Shown here: positions 1 through 10,180 of the stretch, one piece after another
How positions within the stretch are numbered: the first letter of the stretch is position 1
Layout: each line of letters opens with the position of its first letter
Assembly: GCA_965200385.1 (NCBI GenBank)
Contig: OZ241342.1
Coordinates: 2,979,880 to 3,043,879 of the forward strand
Reading direction: 5' to 3'
Length of the DNA: 64,000 bases
Origin: Caldilineaceae bacterium
GTDB lineage: Bacteria > Chloroflexota > Anaerolineae > Caldilineales > Caldilineaceae
The notes under the pieces: model-generated
Databases searched by the model: none
What the model saw: the letters and a program-made list of their open reading frames with translations, nothing else
Told to the model about the DNA's origin: nothing
Made by a program: the position numbers and the translations under genes

Positions 1-1512
1 CCCGGGGCCCGCATCTGGCTGCGGCAGGCACGGCATCCGCTGCTGGATCCGGATGAGGTCGTCCCCCTGAACTTTGAACTCGGTCCGGAACGGGGCCCGG
101 CCGGCTGCCCTCCCAGCCACCTGATGATCATCACCGGTCCCAACACCGGAGGCAAGACCGTAGCCATGAAGACAGTAGGGCTGCTGGTGCTGATGGCCCA
201 GTCCGGTCTCATGATACCGGCCGGTTCCGGCAGTTGCCTGACCGTGTTTGCAGACGTACACGCCGACATTGGCGATGAGCAGAGTATCGAGCAGAGCCTG
301 AGTACATTCAGCAGCCACCTGACCCGCATCGTGACGATCCTGGACGAAGCGACGGATGCCAGCCTGGTCATCCTGGACGAAATCGGGGCGGGCACGGATC
401 CGGAAGAAGGCTCAGCCCTGGCCATCGCCCTGCTGGAGCACCTGCGTCACCAGGGCGTGACCACGCTCGCTTCCACCCATTACAGCGACATCAAGCTGTA
501 TGCCCACAACACACCCAGCGTCTGCAACGCCGCCATGGAGTTCGACGTGGAATCGTTGCGGCCTACCTTCCGGCTGAACATGGGCCTGCCCGGCAAGTCC
601 AATGCCCTGGCCATTGCCCGCCGCCTGGGGCTGCCTGACGCCATCGTGAACCACGCTGCAGCCAACGTACACATCGACGTGACGAACGCCAATGCCATGC
701 TGGACGACATCCGGCAGGCCAAGGAGCGCATCCAGGACCAGGAGGAACAAACACGCCAGGACAGAGAGCGTGTGCGGCTGGCCAAGAGTGAATTGCTGTA
801 CCGGCTGCGCCAGGTCGAGACCGATCGGCGTGCCGTATTGGCTGAAGCCCGTACGGAAGTGGAACGCCTGGTCGCCGCGGCCAAGGCCGATCTGGCCCAA
901 TTGCGCAAGCAGGTGGCAGCCGACATCTGGGATCAGAAACGTCCCCAACGGCTGCAGACCTTGGCCGACACCCGTAGCCACCTGGATCAGCTGGCCACGG
1001 CAGTACCCGCAGACACGGCAGACCCCGCCCCCGTGCAGACCGTCCAGCCCGAAGGTCCCATTGCCCGGGGCGATACAGTCTGGGTGCCCCAGCTGGGCAC
1101 TACCGGCCAAGTCGTGTCGCTGGGAGCAGGACGCGCGGAAGTCCAGGCAGGGGCCATGCGTTTCAAGACCCGGCTGGCGGATTTGGAATTGCGTCACCGA
1201 CCGGCATCCGCCCAGACAGCCAAACAGGTCAAGGTCCGCATGTCACGCCAGCCGCAGACCAGCGTCAGCATGGAACTGGACATCCGGGGCGCGCGGGTTG
1301 ACCCGGGGGTAGCCCGGGTCGACCAATATCTCAACGACGCCTACCTCAACAACATGCCTTGGGTGCGCGTTATCCACGGCAAGGGCACAGGGCAGCTCCG
1401 GGACGCTGTCCGCGCGCTCATGCGGCGTCATCCGCACGTCACCCAGAGCCGGCCCGGCAGTGCGGAAGAAGGCGGCGACGGCGTGACTGTCGCCCACTTC
1501 GATCAAGAGTGA
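1..1512 (+). CDS. mutS2: Endonuclease MutS2, C-terminal part (5' end lies upstream of the window)
   Basis: Frame 1 is open from base 1. Walker A ITGPNTGGKTVAMK, MutS ATPase block LDEIGAGTDPEEG, long coiled-coil region, C-terminal Smr domain (LDIRGARVD...VRVIHGKGTGQLR). Confidence 0.9.
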   Translation, partial: PGARIWLRQARHPLLDPDEVVPLNFELGPERGPAGCPPSHLMIITGPNTGGKTVAMKTVGLLVLMAQSGLMIPAGSGSCLTVFADVHADIGDEQSIEQSLSTFSSHLTRIVTILDEATDASLVILDEIGAGTDPEEGSALAIALLEHLRHQGVTTLASTHYSDIKLYAHNTPSVCNAAMEFDVESLRPTFRLNMGLPGKSNALAIARRLGLPDAIVNHAAANVHIDVTNANAMLDDIRQAKERIQDQEEQTRQDRERVRLAKSELLYRLRQVETDRRAVLAEARTEVERLVAAAKADLAQLRKQVAADIWDQKRPQRLQTLADTRSHLDQLATAVPADTADPAPVQTVQPEGPIARGDTVWVPQLGTTGQVVSLGAGRAEVQAGAMRFKTRLADLELRHRPASAQTAKQVKVRMSRQPQTSVSMELDIRGARVDPGVARVDQYLNDAYLNNMPWVRVIHGKGTGQLRDAVRALMRRHPHVTQSRPGSAEEGGDGVTVAHFDQE

Positions 1513-1628
1513 TACACCCCGATTGCCCATGCTCCGACGCATTGTGGCCGAAGCGGTCTTCATCCTTTTCCTGCTACTGGCAATCTATGTGGGCGTGATC
1601 CTGCAATTTGCCGGCTGAGTCACTGACC

Positions 1629-2279
1629 ATGGTTCCCCTGTCCTGCCGCTTGGATCTGTTCCGCCCCCTGTATCGGCATGCAGATCCTGTCCACGACTTC
1701 GAGCACGTGCTGCGCGTATTGCATGTAGGTGCATGGTTGGCCCGGGCAGAAAGCGCTGACGTGGAGACCGTCCGTCTGGCCGCCTTGCTGCATGACGTAC
1801 CCAGTCGCGACCACACGCGGGATACCCACGAAGAGGGAGCCGCCCGGGCGGCAGAGGCCATGCTGGCCGTCCACGACCAGTCTCCTGCCCTGATTCAGGC
1901 CGTAGCCCACTGTATCCGCAGCCATCGCTTTCGCCGTTCCGCCACACAGCCCCTTTCCCGGGAAGCCAAGTGCCTGTACGATGCCGACAAGCTGGATTGC
2001 CTGGGCGCGATCGGTATCGCCCGCACTTTCGGCTTCGCGGCCATGCATGGCCATCCGCTGTGGCACGGGGACGCCTGTCATCCGGCGGCCATACCCACAG
2101 ACGCCACGGATTGGCCCGACACCCCCGCCCGGGAATGGCATGTCAAACTGCGGCATCTGGCAACCCGGATGCACACCCCCGCCGGACGTCAACTGGCCCG
2201 GGCCCGCCATCGCGTAATGGCGGATCTCCTGGACCAGATGCACCGGGAATGGTCCTTGACCGATATCACACAGGAATGA
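1629..2279 (+). CDS. HD-domain metal-dependent phosphohydrolase
   Basis: HDFEHVLRV ... LAALLHDV ... YDADKLD motifs typical of the HD superfamily. ATG at 1629 preferred over TTG at 1608. Stop overlaps the next start (ATGA). Confidence 0.7.
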   Translation: MVPLSCRLDLFRPLYRHADPVHDFEHVLRVLHVGAWLARAESADVETVRLAALLHDVPSRDHTRDTHEEGAARAAEAMLAVHDQSPALIQAVAHCIRSHRFRRSATQPLSREAKCLYDADKLDCLGAIGIARTFGFAAMHGHPLWHGDACHPAAIPTDATDWPDTPAREWHVKLRHLATRMHTPAGRQLARARHRVMADLLDQMHREWSLTDITQE

Positions 2280-2797
2280 GAGCCATCCATATGAGCACAT
2301 CCGAACACCGTGAAGAGGCACGTGCCTACGGGTCCATTGCCCTGGCTGTATTGACCGTGAGCGACACCCGTACCCGGGCTACCGACAAGAGCGGTCAGCT
2401 CATTCATGACCTGGTCGCCGCCTCGGAACACCATATAGTGGGCTATGAAATCGTCAGGGACGAGCCGCTTCAGATCCAGGCGGCCATCGAGTTGTTCTGT
2501 GCCTCACCGGCGCAGGCCATTCTGACCCATGGCGGTACGGGCATCAGTACCCGGGACCAGACGTGCGACATCGTGGCGACGCTGCTGGAGAAAGAACTGC
2601 CCGGGTTCGGAGAACTGTTCCGTATGCTGAGCTATCAGGAAGTGGGAGCCGCGGCCCTGCTGTCCCGCGCGCTGGCCGGGATCTACCGGGAACGGTTCAT
2701 TTTCTGCATGCCCGGTTCCGCCAACGCCGTGCGCCTGGCCATGACCCGGCTCATTCTGCCAGAGGTGCAGCATCTGGTACGGGAGCTGAACCGGTAG
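2276..2797 (+). CDS. moaB: Molybdenum cofactor biosynthesis protein B (MoaB/MogA family)
   Basis: [12 protein letters not shown]...[13 protein letters not shown]...[10 protein letters not shown] matches the MoaB/MogA fold signature. ATGA start/stop overlap with the HD gene. Confidence 0.8.
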   Translation: MRAIHMSTSEHREEARAYGSIALAVLTVSDTRTRATDKSGQLIHDLVAASEHHIVGYEIVRDEPLQIQAAIELFCASPAQAILTHGGTGISTRDQTCDIVATLLEKELPGFGELFRMLSYQEVGAAALLSRALAGIYRERFIFCMPGSANAVRLAMTRLILPEVQHLVRELNR

Positions 2798-3752
2798 GCG
2801 CCGTCTCCGGCCGCGTGTCCCAACCATAGGTCCGGTTGATGATGAAAAGCGGGCGGCCCTTGACCTCGTCGTAGATGCGGCCCAGATAGGCCCCGATAAT
2901 GCCCAGGAAAATCAGCTGCACCCCGCACAGCAGAAGGACCACGACCAGCGTTGTGGCCTGTCCCCCCAGGGCATTGATGCCGGACAGGCGCAAGGCGAAG
3001 ACTCCCACGATCCCGACCAGGGCCAGTATCGCCAGCAGGAAGCCCAGATACGAGGCCAGATACAGGGGCTGGTAGCTGAAGCCCGTCACCGCATCCAGCG
3101 AGATGCGCAGCATGGAGCGCAGGGGATACTTGGTCTCGCCGGCATAGCGTTCCGGGCGATCGAAGTAGACCCCGGTTTGCCGAAAGCCTACCCAGCTGCT
3201 CAGGCCCCGGATGAAACGGTGGCGTTCCTCCATGCGGGCCAGCACCCGTACCACCTTGCGATCCAGCAGGCGAAAATCACCCGTGTCCAGAGGCAGTTCC
3301 ACATTCATGAAGTAGCGCATGAGGCGATAGAACACACGGGAAGTCAGACGCTTGAACCAGGTTTCTCCCTCCCGGGAGCGCCGGACGGCGTACACCACTT
3401 CATACCCTTCCTGCCATTTCGCAATCAGGTCATTCACCACTTCCGGCGGATCCTGCAGATCGGCATCCATGATAATGACGGCGTCCCCCTGCGCGTAGCT
3501 CAGCCCGGCGCTGGTCGCAATCTGCTGGTTGAAGTTGCGGCTCAGGTCGATCACCTTGACCCGCGGGTCCGCGCGGTGCAGTTCCAGCAACAGCTCCAGG
3601 GTACGGTCACTGCTGCCGTCATTGATGCAGATCAGCTCCCATTCTGTGCCGGGCTCCACCTCGGCCCGGGACCAGAACGCAGTCAGGCGCTCATAAAGGG
3701 CCGGCACCACGCCTTCTTCGTTAAACAGTGGTATGACCACTGAAATCAGCAT
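2751..3752 (-). CDS. Family 2 glycosyltransferase, polyprenyl-phosphate sugar transferase type (GtrB/ArnC/DPM1-like)
   Basis: [32 protein letters not shown] (DxD) and two C-terminal TM helices. Start moved to the internal ATG at 3752. 3' end overlaps moaB convergently. Confidence 0.8.
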   Translation of the reverse strand: MLISVVIPLFNEEGVVPALYERLTAFWSRAEVEPGTEWELICINDGSSDRTLELLLELHRADPRVKVIDLSRNFNQQIATSAGLSYAQGDAVIIMDADLQDPPEVVNDLIAKWQEGYEVVYAVRRSREGETWFKRLTSRVFYRLMRYFMNVELPLDTGDFRLLDRKVVRVLARMEERHRFIRGLSSWVGFRQTGVYFDRPERYAGETKYPLRSMLRISLDAVTGFSYQPLYLASYLGFLLAILALVGIVGVFALRLSGINALGGQATTLVVVLLLCGVQLIFLGIIGAYLGRIYDEVKGRPLFIINRTYGWDTRPETAPTGSAPVPDAAPLAE

Positions 3753-3936
3753 GCAGGGGCGTCCGTTAACAGGGTGGAAGCCAGCGCTCACCCTGTATCA
3801 TGTCCGGGTGGCACCAATAGGCTATATTATAGGAGACTGGACAGAGAAGCAACACACCTGAAGGCAAAACTGGCATGTTTCCATCAGCCTGTACAGGCAA
3901 TCCCGCTGTGCAGCCCCACGCGTATCCCAGAACCTG

Positions 3937-4587
3937 ATGCGCCTGGCAGGATTGCTCTTCGGTCTCTATCTGGGTCTGCGGCTCCACTGGTTCCAACAGC
4001 CGCGGCCCTTTCCCCGGCAACTGGCCGCGCTGCTGGACGTCACGGCCCGGATGCAGTACCTGGATCCCGAGAGCCTGGTGGAACTCTTTGGCATCGTCCC
4101 GGGCATGACCGTACTGGAGCTGGGTTGTGGCACCGGTGCCATGACGGAGCCCCTGGCCCGGCAACTCCAGGGCTCCGGCCAGATCCTGGTGCTTGACATT
4201 CAGTCCGCCTTCGTGGAGCATGCCCGTCACCGCATTGCGGCGGCCGGCCTGGAAGAGCAGGTGCACTTTTACCTGTCGGATCCCCAGTCAGCGCCCATAG
4301 GCCCACATACGACGGATCTGCTGGTCCTGGGCTCCGTATTGGGGGAAATTCCCGATCTGCATACCTGCCTGACGCGCCTGTTTGAAATCGCCAAGCCGGA
4401 CAGCCGGCTCGTGGTGTACGACGAAGTGCTGAATCCGGCTGCCATGTCTCCGGCCCGGACGCGCATGCACCTGCATGCCGCCGGTTTCCGTTTCGGAGGC
4501 CAAATCCGCCAACTGACCCACTACGTGGCCATGTACTACAAGGATGAAGTCGCCTTCAATCCGGATCAGGTCATCGGCCTGTCATGA
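3937..4587 (+). CDS. Class I SAM-dependent methyltransferase
   Basis: Motif I VLELGCGTGAMT followed by VLDIQ acidic loop. N-terminal hydrophobic segment. Confidence 0.7.
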   Translation: MRLAGLLFGLYLGLRLHWFQQPRPFPRQLAALLDVTARMQYLDPESLVELFGIVPGMTVLELGCGTGAMTEPLARQLQGSGQILVLDIQSAFVEHARHRIAAAGLEEQVHFYLSDPQSAPIGPHTTDLLVLGSVLGEIPDLHTCLTRLFEIAKPDSRLVVYDEVLNPAAMSPARTRMHLHAAGFRFGGQIRQLTHYVAMYYKDEVAFNPDQVIGLS

Positions 4588-5699
4588 ACACCGTTCAGTC
4601 CGCGGCTGCCTGCCCTGCCGACCCCTTCCATCTGACGGGACAGGACCTACCGTATCGCACGCCGGACCTGCCGGGCACAGGCGGTCAAATCCGGGTATAT
4701 CCCCATGATTTCCGGGTCGTCGAAATTCCGGCCTATCAACCGGCGGGTACAGGCTGCCACCTGTACCTGACGTTGAGTCGGGAAGGACTGACCACGCCCG
4801 ACGTCGTGAAAATTCTGAGCCGGCACCTGGGTGTACCTCCGGCGGCCATCGGCTACGCCGGTCTCAAGGACAAGCACGCGCACACCACCCAGACCTTCAG
4901 CGTCCTGTGTGCAGATCGCGATCCCACCGCGGGTGTGGATCTGCAGGCTTGCCTGGAAGCCGACACCCCTTTTCAGGTGCACGCCATCAACTGGCACCGC
5001 AACAAGCTCCGGGCTGGCCACCTGTACGGCAATGCCTTTGAAATCCTGATCCGGCACCCGGTGTGCTCCCTGGCTACCGCCGAGGACCGGGCCCAAGCCA
5101 TTGCCACCCGTCTGCGCCGGCAGGGCCTGGCCAACTTTTTCGGCTCCCAGCGCTTTGGCCATGAAGGCCGCAACGTCCAGCAGGGCTGGCGCATTGTGCG
5201 CGAGGGCTGGCGCGAGCGGCGCCGCTGGCTGCACAAGCTGTTCGTCTCGGCCTACCAAAGCTATCTTTGCAACCAGTACCTGGCTCTGCGCCAGGCAGAA
5301 AACGGCCTGGACAACATGGTCCGGGGTGACGTGGCCCGCAAGCAGACGACAGGGGGCATGTTTGTCGTATCCGATCCGCAGCAGGACACCAAACGCCTGC
5401 AAGCAGGTGAAATCAGCTTTACGGCGCCCATGTTTGGACATAAGATGTGGACAGCCGAACAGGATGCGCAGGACTGGGAAACCCGCATTCTGGCGCAGGC
5501 CGGCCTGGAGCAGCATGACTGGAAACGGGATCGCATTGCCGGCACCCGGCGTACCGGGTTGCTGCGCGTACCGGATCTGGTCGTAACCCGCAGGCCGGAT
5601 GGCATCTGCCTGACTTTTTCCCTGCCCAAGGGCAGTTTTGCGACGACTCTGCTCCGCGAGATTATGAAGCCCCCGGGCAGGCCCTTCCCCCGTGCATAG
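4584..5699 (+). CDS. truD: tRNA pseudouridine(13) synthase TruD
   Basis: GLKDKHAHTTQ catalytic-Asp motif and TruD-like length. ATGA overlap with the upstream gene. Confidence 0.85.
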   Translation: MNTVQSAAACPADPFHLTGQDLPYRTPDLPGTGGQIRVYPHDFRVVEIPAYQPAGTGCHLYLTLSREGLTTPDVVKILSRHLGVPPAAIGYAGLKDKHAHTTQTFSVLCADRDPTAGVDLQACLEADTPFQVHAINWHRNKLRAGHLYGNAFEILIRHPVCSLATAEDRAQAIATRLRRQGLANFFGSQRFGHEGRNVQQGWRIVREGWRERRRWLHKLFVSAYQSYLCNQYLALRQAENGLDNMVRGDVARKQTTGGMFVVSDPQQDTKRLQAGEISFTAPMFGHKMWTAEQDAQDWETRILAQAGLEQHDWKRDRIAGTRRTGLLRVPDLVVTRRPDGICLTFSLPKGSFATTLLREIMKPPGRPFPRA

Positions 5700-5708
5700 G
5701 AAACGACC

Positions 5709-6374
5709 ATGGAAATTCCCGTTTTTCCCCTCAACACTGTCCTGTTTCCCGGTATGATCCTGCCCCTGCACATCTTTGAGGAGCGCTACAAGATCATGAT
5801 CAACATGTGCCTGGCGGATCAGAAGCCGTTTGGCGTGGTCCTGATCCGGGAAGGGGAAGAAGTCGGCACCATGGCCACTCCCCATCGCGTAGGCACCATG
5901 GCCGCCATCCGCAGTGCGGATCAGCTGGAAGACGAACGACTCAATATCGTTACGGTCGGCCTCAGCCGCTTTCGCATTCAGGAGCTCCTGACCACCCGCG
6001 CCTATCCTGCCGCCCGGATTGCCGATTACCCCATCCGGGTGGAAGACCAGACACGTTCCGAACAGCTGGCAGCGCGTGTGCGGCCCGCCTTTCTGGAATA
6101 TGTCGACCTGCTGGAAAAGGGCGCCAACCTCAAGCTCAAGATCAACGAAGTGCCCGAGGATCCCGAGACGCTGGCCGCCCTGATCGCCATTGCCATGCAG
6201 ATCGAACTGCGGGACAAACAGACGGTGATCGAGCGTACTACGGTCGAAGATATGCTGATCACCGAATTCAATTTCCTGTCCCGGGAAAAGATGATCCTGC
6301 AGTACGGCATCGACACCATGGACCAGCAGGATCGGTACCAGTTCGGCCCCACAGGGCAGATGTTTCTCAACTGA
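5709..6374 (+). CDS. LON N-terminal (substrate-binding) domain protein, no ATPase or protease part
   Basis: FPLNTVLFPGMILPLHIFEERYK is the typical Lon N-domain start. Only 221 aa. Confidence 0.75.
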   Translation: MEIPVFPLNTVLFPGMILPLHIFEERYKIMINMCLADQKPFGVVLIREGEEVGTMATPHRVGTMAAIRSADQLEDERLNIVTVGLSRFRIQELLTTRAYPAARIADYPIRVEDQTRSEQLAARVRPAFLEYVDLLEKGANLKLKINEVPEDPETLAALIAIAMQIELRDKQTVIERTTVEDMLITEFNFLSREKMILQYGIDTMDQQDRYQFGPTGQMFLN

Positions 6375-6528
6375 AGGTACAGCGATCCCGGGGGCCTGAT
6401 TTCCTGACCGGCATGACACACGGGGAGGCCTTCCGGGCTGTCCGTACGGCTGAACCCCGGTCCGGTCGTCCCCGACCGGATTAGGGCGCGACACCGGCAA
6501 GTCTGATATACTGTTTGTCCCAGACCAA

Positions 6529-6602
<74 letters not shown>

Positions 6603-6649
6603 TTGGCCGTTGCGGTGCCTGTGGGTGCCCACGGTAGCAAAGCCGAGAT

Positions 6650-6889
6650 CGGGCCGAGTAGTACGCAAGGCCCCACTGCCAGAGAATCCTGTCCAGCGGC
6701 TGGAAGACAGGTCAGTGGATGCGGACGAACACCCCCCGTGAGCGGACGTACCAACGATCGATTCGGATCCAGTAGTACGTCCCGGATGCCCTCCGTTACC
6801 GGGGCGCACAAGGGGCACCCGTACGGGTGCAAGCCGGGTGGAACCGCGGAGCCATGCTTCGTCCCTGCAAGGATGAAGCATGGTTTTTT
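6650..6889 (+). promoter_or_regulatory. T-box riboswitch leader of thrS
   Basis: T-box sequence AAGCCGGGTGGAACCGCGG (6831-6849) overlaps the 5' side of a 13-bp terminator stem. AGTAGTACG boxes at 6656 and 6771. AGAGA motif at 6681. ACC (Thr) triplets at 6731 and 6797. Confidence 0.75.
6852..6889 (+). terminator. Intrinsic terminator of the T-box leader
   Basis: CCATGCTTCGTCC (6852-6864) pairs with GGATGAAGCATGG (6871-6883), 6-nt loop, followed by TTTTTT. Confidence 0.8.
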
Positions 6890-6932
6890 CGATTCCGGGA
6901 GACAGGCCCGCCCAACAGGGAGTGTGTGCACA

Positions 6933-8762
6933 ATGGCGCAGGCAGCAGGCTCAAAACAGGAAGAACGCTTGTATCGGGTACGGCACAGTGCCGCCCACGT
7001 CATGGCCCAGGCCGTGCTGGAACTGTATCCCGATGCCAAGATCGCCATCGGGCCCCCCATTCAGGACGGGTTCTATTACGATTTCGATCTGGGACCGGAC
7101 GAAACGGGGCGGCCGCGGACGTTCCTGCCCGACGATCTGGCGGCCATCACGAAAGGCATGCGCCGCATTATCGGGGGCCAGCACGCCTTTCACTACCGGG
7201 AAGTGTCGGCCCGGGAAGCCCGGGAGCTCTTTGCCGAGCAGCCCTACAAGCTGGAACTCATTGCGGGACTGGAAGCCGGCGCCGAAGACGAGTATGGCGC
7301 CGAAACCGATGCCCCGCCGGTCATCAGCACCTACACCCAGGACAGCTTCGAGGATCTGTGCCGCGGTCCCCATGTCGAGCATACAGGCCAGATCCCCATA
7401 GAGGGTCTGCAGCTGATGAGTGTGGCCGGCGCCTATTGGCGCGGGGATGAAACGCGCCCCATGCTGCAACGCATCTACGGCACGGCCTGGCTGAACCGCA
7501 AACAGCTGACCCAGCACTTGCAAAGGCTGGAAGAAGCCCGCAAGCGGGATCACCGCCGGCTGGGACGCGAGCTGCAGATTTTTGCCTTTGACGAGGAGGT
7601 GGGGCCCGGCCTGCCCCTGTGGCTGCCCAACGGCACCGTCATCATTCAGGAACTGGAAGCCCTGGCCCAAGCCACGGAAACAGCGGCCGGCTACCAGCAT
7701 GTCCGTACCCCCCATATCACCAAGGAAGATCTGTTTCACCACAGTGGCCACCTGCCCTATTACGCCGACAGCATGTTCCCGCCCATGGAACTGGACGGGA
7801 CAAAGTATTATGTCAAACCGATGAACTGTCCGATGCACCACAAGATATTCCTGAGCCAGCCGCGCAGTTACCGGGATCTGCCGCTGCGGCTGGCGGAATA
7901 CGGTACCTGTTACCGCTTCGAGAAGAGCGGGGAGCTGTTCGGTCTCCTGCGGGTGCGGTCCATGCAAATGAACGATGCCCACATTTACTGCGCGGAAGAC
8001 CAGTTCGAGAGCGAATTCATGGGTGTCATCGGTCTGTACCTGCACTACTTCGACCTGTTCGGGATCGAGCAGTACCAGATGCGCCTGTCCACCCACCATC
8101 CCCGCGGTCTGGGCAAGAAATACGTGGACAACCAGCGGCTTTGGGAGAAAACCGAGGACATGGTGCGCACGGCCATGCAAAACGGGAACGTGCCCTATGT
8201 CGAGGAGGCGGACGAGGCGGCCTTCTACGGCCCCAAGATCGATGTACAGATTTGGAGTGCCATCGGCCGCGAATTCACCCTCGCCACCAACCAGGTGGAT
8301 TTCGCCCAGCCGCAGCGCTTCGACCTGTCCTTCACCAACGCCGCGGGGCAGGACGAGACGCCGCTCTGCATCCACCGGGCTCCTCTGAGCACCCACGAAA
8401 GGATGATCGGCTTCCTGATCGAGCATTTCGGCGGCGCCTTTCCCGTCTGGCTGGCCCCGGAACAGGTGCGCATCATCCCCATCACGGACGCCCACGTGGA
8501 CCATGCCCGCCACTTGCAACAGGCCTGTGCGGATCTGGGCCTGCGGGCCTCCATGGACAGTTCCGCCAACCGCATGAACGCCAAGATTCGGCAGGCCCAG
8601 TTGTACAAGATTCCCTATATGGCGGTGATTGGGGACCGGGAACAGGCGGACGATACGGTCGCTCTGCGCCTGCGCAGCGGCGAACGCCGCAATGGCCTGG
8701 CCCGCGCGGACTTCCTCCAGCATGTGCAGACGCAGGCCCGCACCCGGGCCCTGACGCTCTGA
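6933..8762 (+). CDS. thrS: Threonine--tRNA ligase (short form without N-terminal TGS domain)
   Basis: RHSAAHVMAQAV, CRGPHVEHTG, MNCPMHHKIF, RVRSMQMNDAHIY, CIHRAPLSTHERMIGFLIEHF. Start set at the ATG after the T-box terminator. The 6603-6932 part of the ORF is leader RNA. Confidence 0.9.
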   Translation: MAQAAGSKQEERLYRVRHSAAHVMAQAVLELYPDAKIAIGPPIQDGFYYDFDLGPDETGRPRTFLPDDLAAITKGMRRIIGGQHAFHYREVSAREARELFAEQPYKLELIAGLEAGAEDEYGAETDAPPVISTYTQDSFEDLCRGPHVEHTGQIPIEGLQLMSVAGAYWRGDETRPMLQRIYGTAWLNRKQLTQHLQRLEEARKRDHRRLGRELQIFAFDEEVGPGLPLWLPNGTVIIQELEALAQATETAAGYQHVRTPHITKEDLFHHSGHLPYYADSMFPPMELDGTKYYVKPMNCPMHHKIFLSQPRSYRDLPLRLAEYGTCYRFEKSGELFGLLRVRSMQMNDAHIYCAEDQFESEFMGVIGLYLHYFDLFGIEQYQMRLSTHHPRGLGKKYVDNQRLWEKTEDMVRTAMQNGNVPYVEEADEAAFYGPKIDVQIWSAIGREFTLATNQVDFAQPQRFDLSFTNAAGQDETPLCIHRAPLSTHERMIGFLIEHFGGAFPVWLAPEQVRIIPITDAHVDHARHLQQACADLGLRASMDSSANRMNAKIRQAQLYKIPYMAVIGDREQADDTVALRLRSGERRNGLARADFLQHVQTQARTRALTL

Positions 8763-8904
8763 CCGGCAGGCCCCTACATCCGATCGCTATGTTGAATTTG
8801 TGACCGGGGAGTGATAGACTGATACATGGGCTGTCACAGGCTCATGTATGAGCGCGCGTCTTGCGCCTCATGTTCCTTGTCCTTAGCCAACAGGAGTTCG
8901 GGTC

Positions 8905-9504
8905 ATCAGAAGAGGTCGCCGCAGCAATCAGAAACGTCCTGCAATCGTATTGCCGGAAGTGCGTGTCAACGAGCACATCGTAGCCCGGGAAGTTCGGGTT
9001 ATTGACCAGGATGGCAAACAAATCGGCATTTTGCCCCTGGAAGAAGCCCGTGCCCTGGCCCGCAGGCGCAACCTGGATCTGGTGGAAGTGGCCAGTGTTG
9101 CCACGCCGCCTGTGTGCCGGGTCATGGATCATGGCAAATTCATGTTCGACCGGCAGAAACGGGAACGGGACAAACGGAAGGTGCAAACGCGCATCGAGGT
9201 CAAGGAAGTGCGCCTGAGTCCCCGGACGGGGGAGCACGACCTGCAGATCTCGCTGAACAAGATCAAGCGTTTCATTGCCGATGGCGCCCGGGTCAAGGTA
9301 CGCATCCGTTTCCGGGGCCGTGAACGTTTCAACCCGCAGGTTGGCCTGGATCAGCTGCACAAGATTTCGGAAGCCGTAGCCGATATTGCCCAGATCGAAT
9401 CCGCCCCTTCCCCCGAAGGCAACACCATTCTCATGACCCTGGGTCCCATTTCGCCCGCCAAAAAGAAACAGCAGGCCGAACCCGCCCTGACGGCCAAGAG
9501 GTAG
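8905..9504 (+). CDS. infC: Translation initiation factor IF-3, probable non-canonical ATC start
   Basis: VRVNEHIVAREVRVIDQDGKQIGILP... is typical IF-3. In-frame basic extension IRRGRRSNQKRPAIV starts at ATC 8905, 8 nt after AGGAG (8892-8896). The ORF-track start (TTG 8950) has no SD. Confidence 0.85.
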   Translation: MRRGRRSNQKRPAIVLPEVRVNEHIVAREVRVIDQDGKQIGILPLEEARALARRRNLDLVEVASVATPPVCRVMDHGKFMFDRQKRERDKRKVQTRIEVKEVRLSPRTGEHDLQISLNKIKRFIADGARVKVRIRFRGRERFNPQVGLDQLHKISEAVADIAQIESAPSPEGNTILMTLGPISPAKKKQQAEPALTAKR

Positions 9505-9511
9505 TAACACC

Positions 9512-9721
9512 ATGCCCAAGATGAAAACCCACAAGGGAGCGGCCGCCCGCTTCCGGATTACCAAGAACGGCAAAGTGATCCGCCGCACCCAGGGAGGCGG
9601 TCACTTGCGTCGCAACAAGCACTCACGCATGCGCCGGATTTACCGCAAGAACCAGTCCGGTAACGTCAAGAGCATGCGCCGGATGGTCAAGCGCGTCGCA
9701 CCTGTAGTCAATCACAGCTGA
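9512..9721 (+). CDS. rpmI: 50S ribosomal protein L35
   Basis: MPKMKTHKGAAARFRITKNGKV signature. Position between infC and rplT. Confidence 0.95.
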   Translation: MPKMKTHKGAAARFRITKNGKVIRRTQGGGHLRRNKHSRMRRIYRKNQSGNVKSMRRMVKRVAPVVNHS

Positions 9722-9779
9722 CCTGATCCCGGTTTCCTGATTCCTGTTACCCCCAGAACCTGCAGTTCAAGGTTGTCCC

Positions 9780-10136
9780 ATGCCCCGATCCCGACCCAAG
9801 GTGTACGCGCACCGACGGCACAAGAAAGTCCTGAAAGCCACCAAAGGCCAGTTTGGCGGCCGTTCCCGTCTGTACAAGACGGCCCATGAAGCCCAACTGC
9901 ATTCCCTGCACTACGCGTACCGGGATCGTCGGGCACGCAAGCGGGATCTGCGCAAGCTCTGGATCATGCGGATCAATGCCGCTGCCCGCTCCCATGGCCT
10001 GTCCTACAGCCGTTTCATGTACGGTCTCAAGGAAGCCGAAGTCGCCATTGACCGCAAGGCGCTGGCCGACATCGCCGTACACGATCGCCCGGGCTTTGCC
10101 CACCTGGTGGATCTGGCCAAAGCCCAGCTGGCCTGA
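9780..10136 (+). CDS. rplT: 50S ribosomal protein L20
   Basis: [26 protein letters not shown]...[11 protein letters not shown] signature. Confidence 0.95.
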   Translation: MPRSRPKVYAHRRHKKVLKATKGQFGGRSRLYKTAHEAQLHSLHYAYRDRRARKRDLRKLWIMRINAAARSHGLSYSRFMYGLKEAEVAIDRKALADIAVHDRPGFAHLVDLAKAQLA

Positions 10137-10180
10137 TCCCGGCCACATCCATATTTCGTACCCTGCCGGAACCGCCCGCG

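Noticed and set aside
4647-6500. 617-aa minus-strand ORF spanning truD and the Lon-N gene
   Set aside because: It is antisense to two genes with clear family motifs. Its composition is Arg/Gly/Pro/His/Gln-rich and low in complexity. It is a typical stop-poor shadow ORF of a high-GC genome.
6603-6932. N-terminal 110-codon extension of the thrS ORF
   Set aside because: It contains the T-box sequence and a 13-bp stem plus U6 terminator. The encoded peptide is low-complexity. The real start is the ATG at 6933 with GGGAG upstream.
6951-8723. 590-aa minus-strand ORF and several plus-strand alternative-frame ORFs inside thrS
   Set aside because: They are antisense to or out of frame with thrS, which carries class II synthetase motifs. 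Similar antisense shadow ORFs were rejected on the same grounds: 11494-12774, 12832-14004, 24526-25689, 28396-29352, 36864-37772, 42038-43000, 43058-44089, 45617-46993, 49085-50071, 50085-51269 and 57161-58150.
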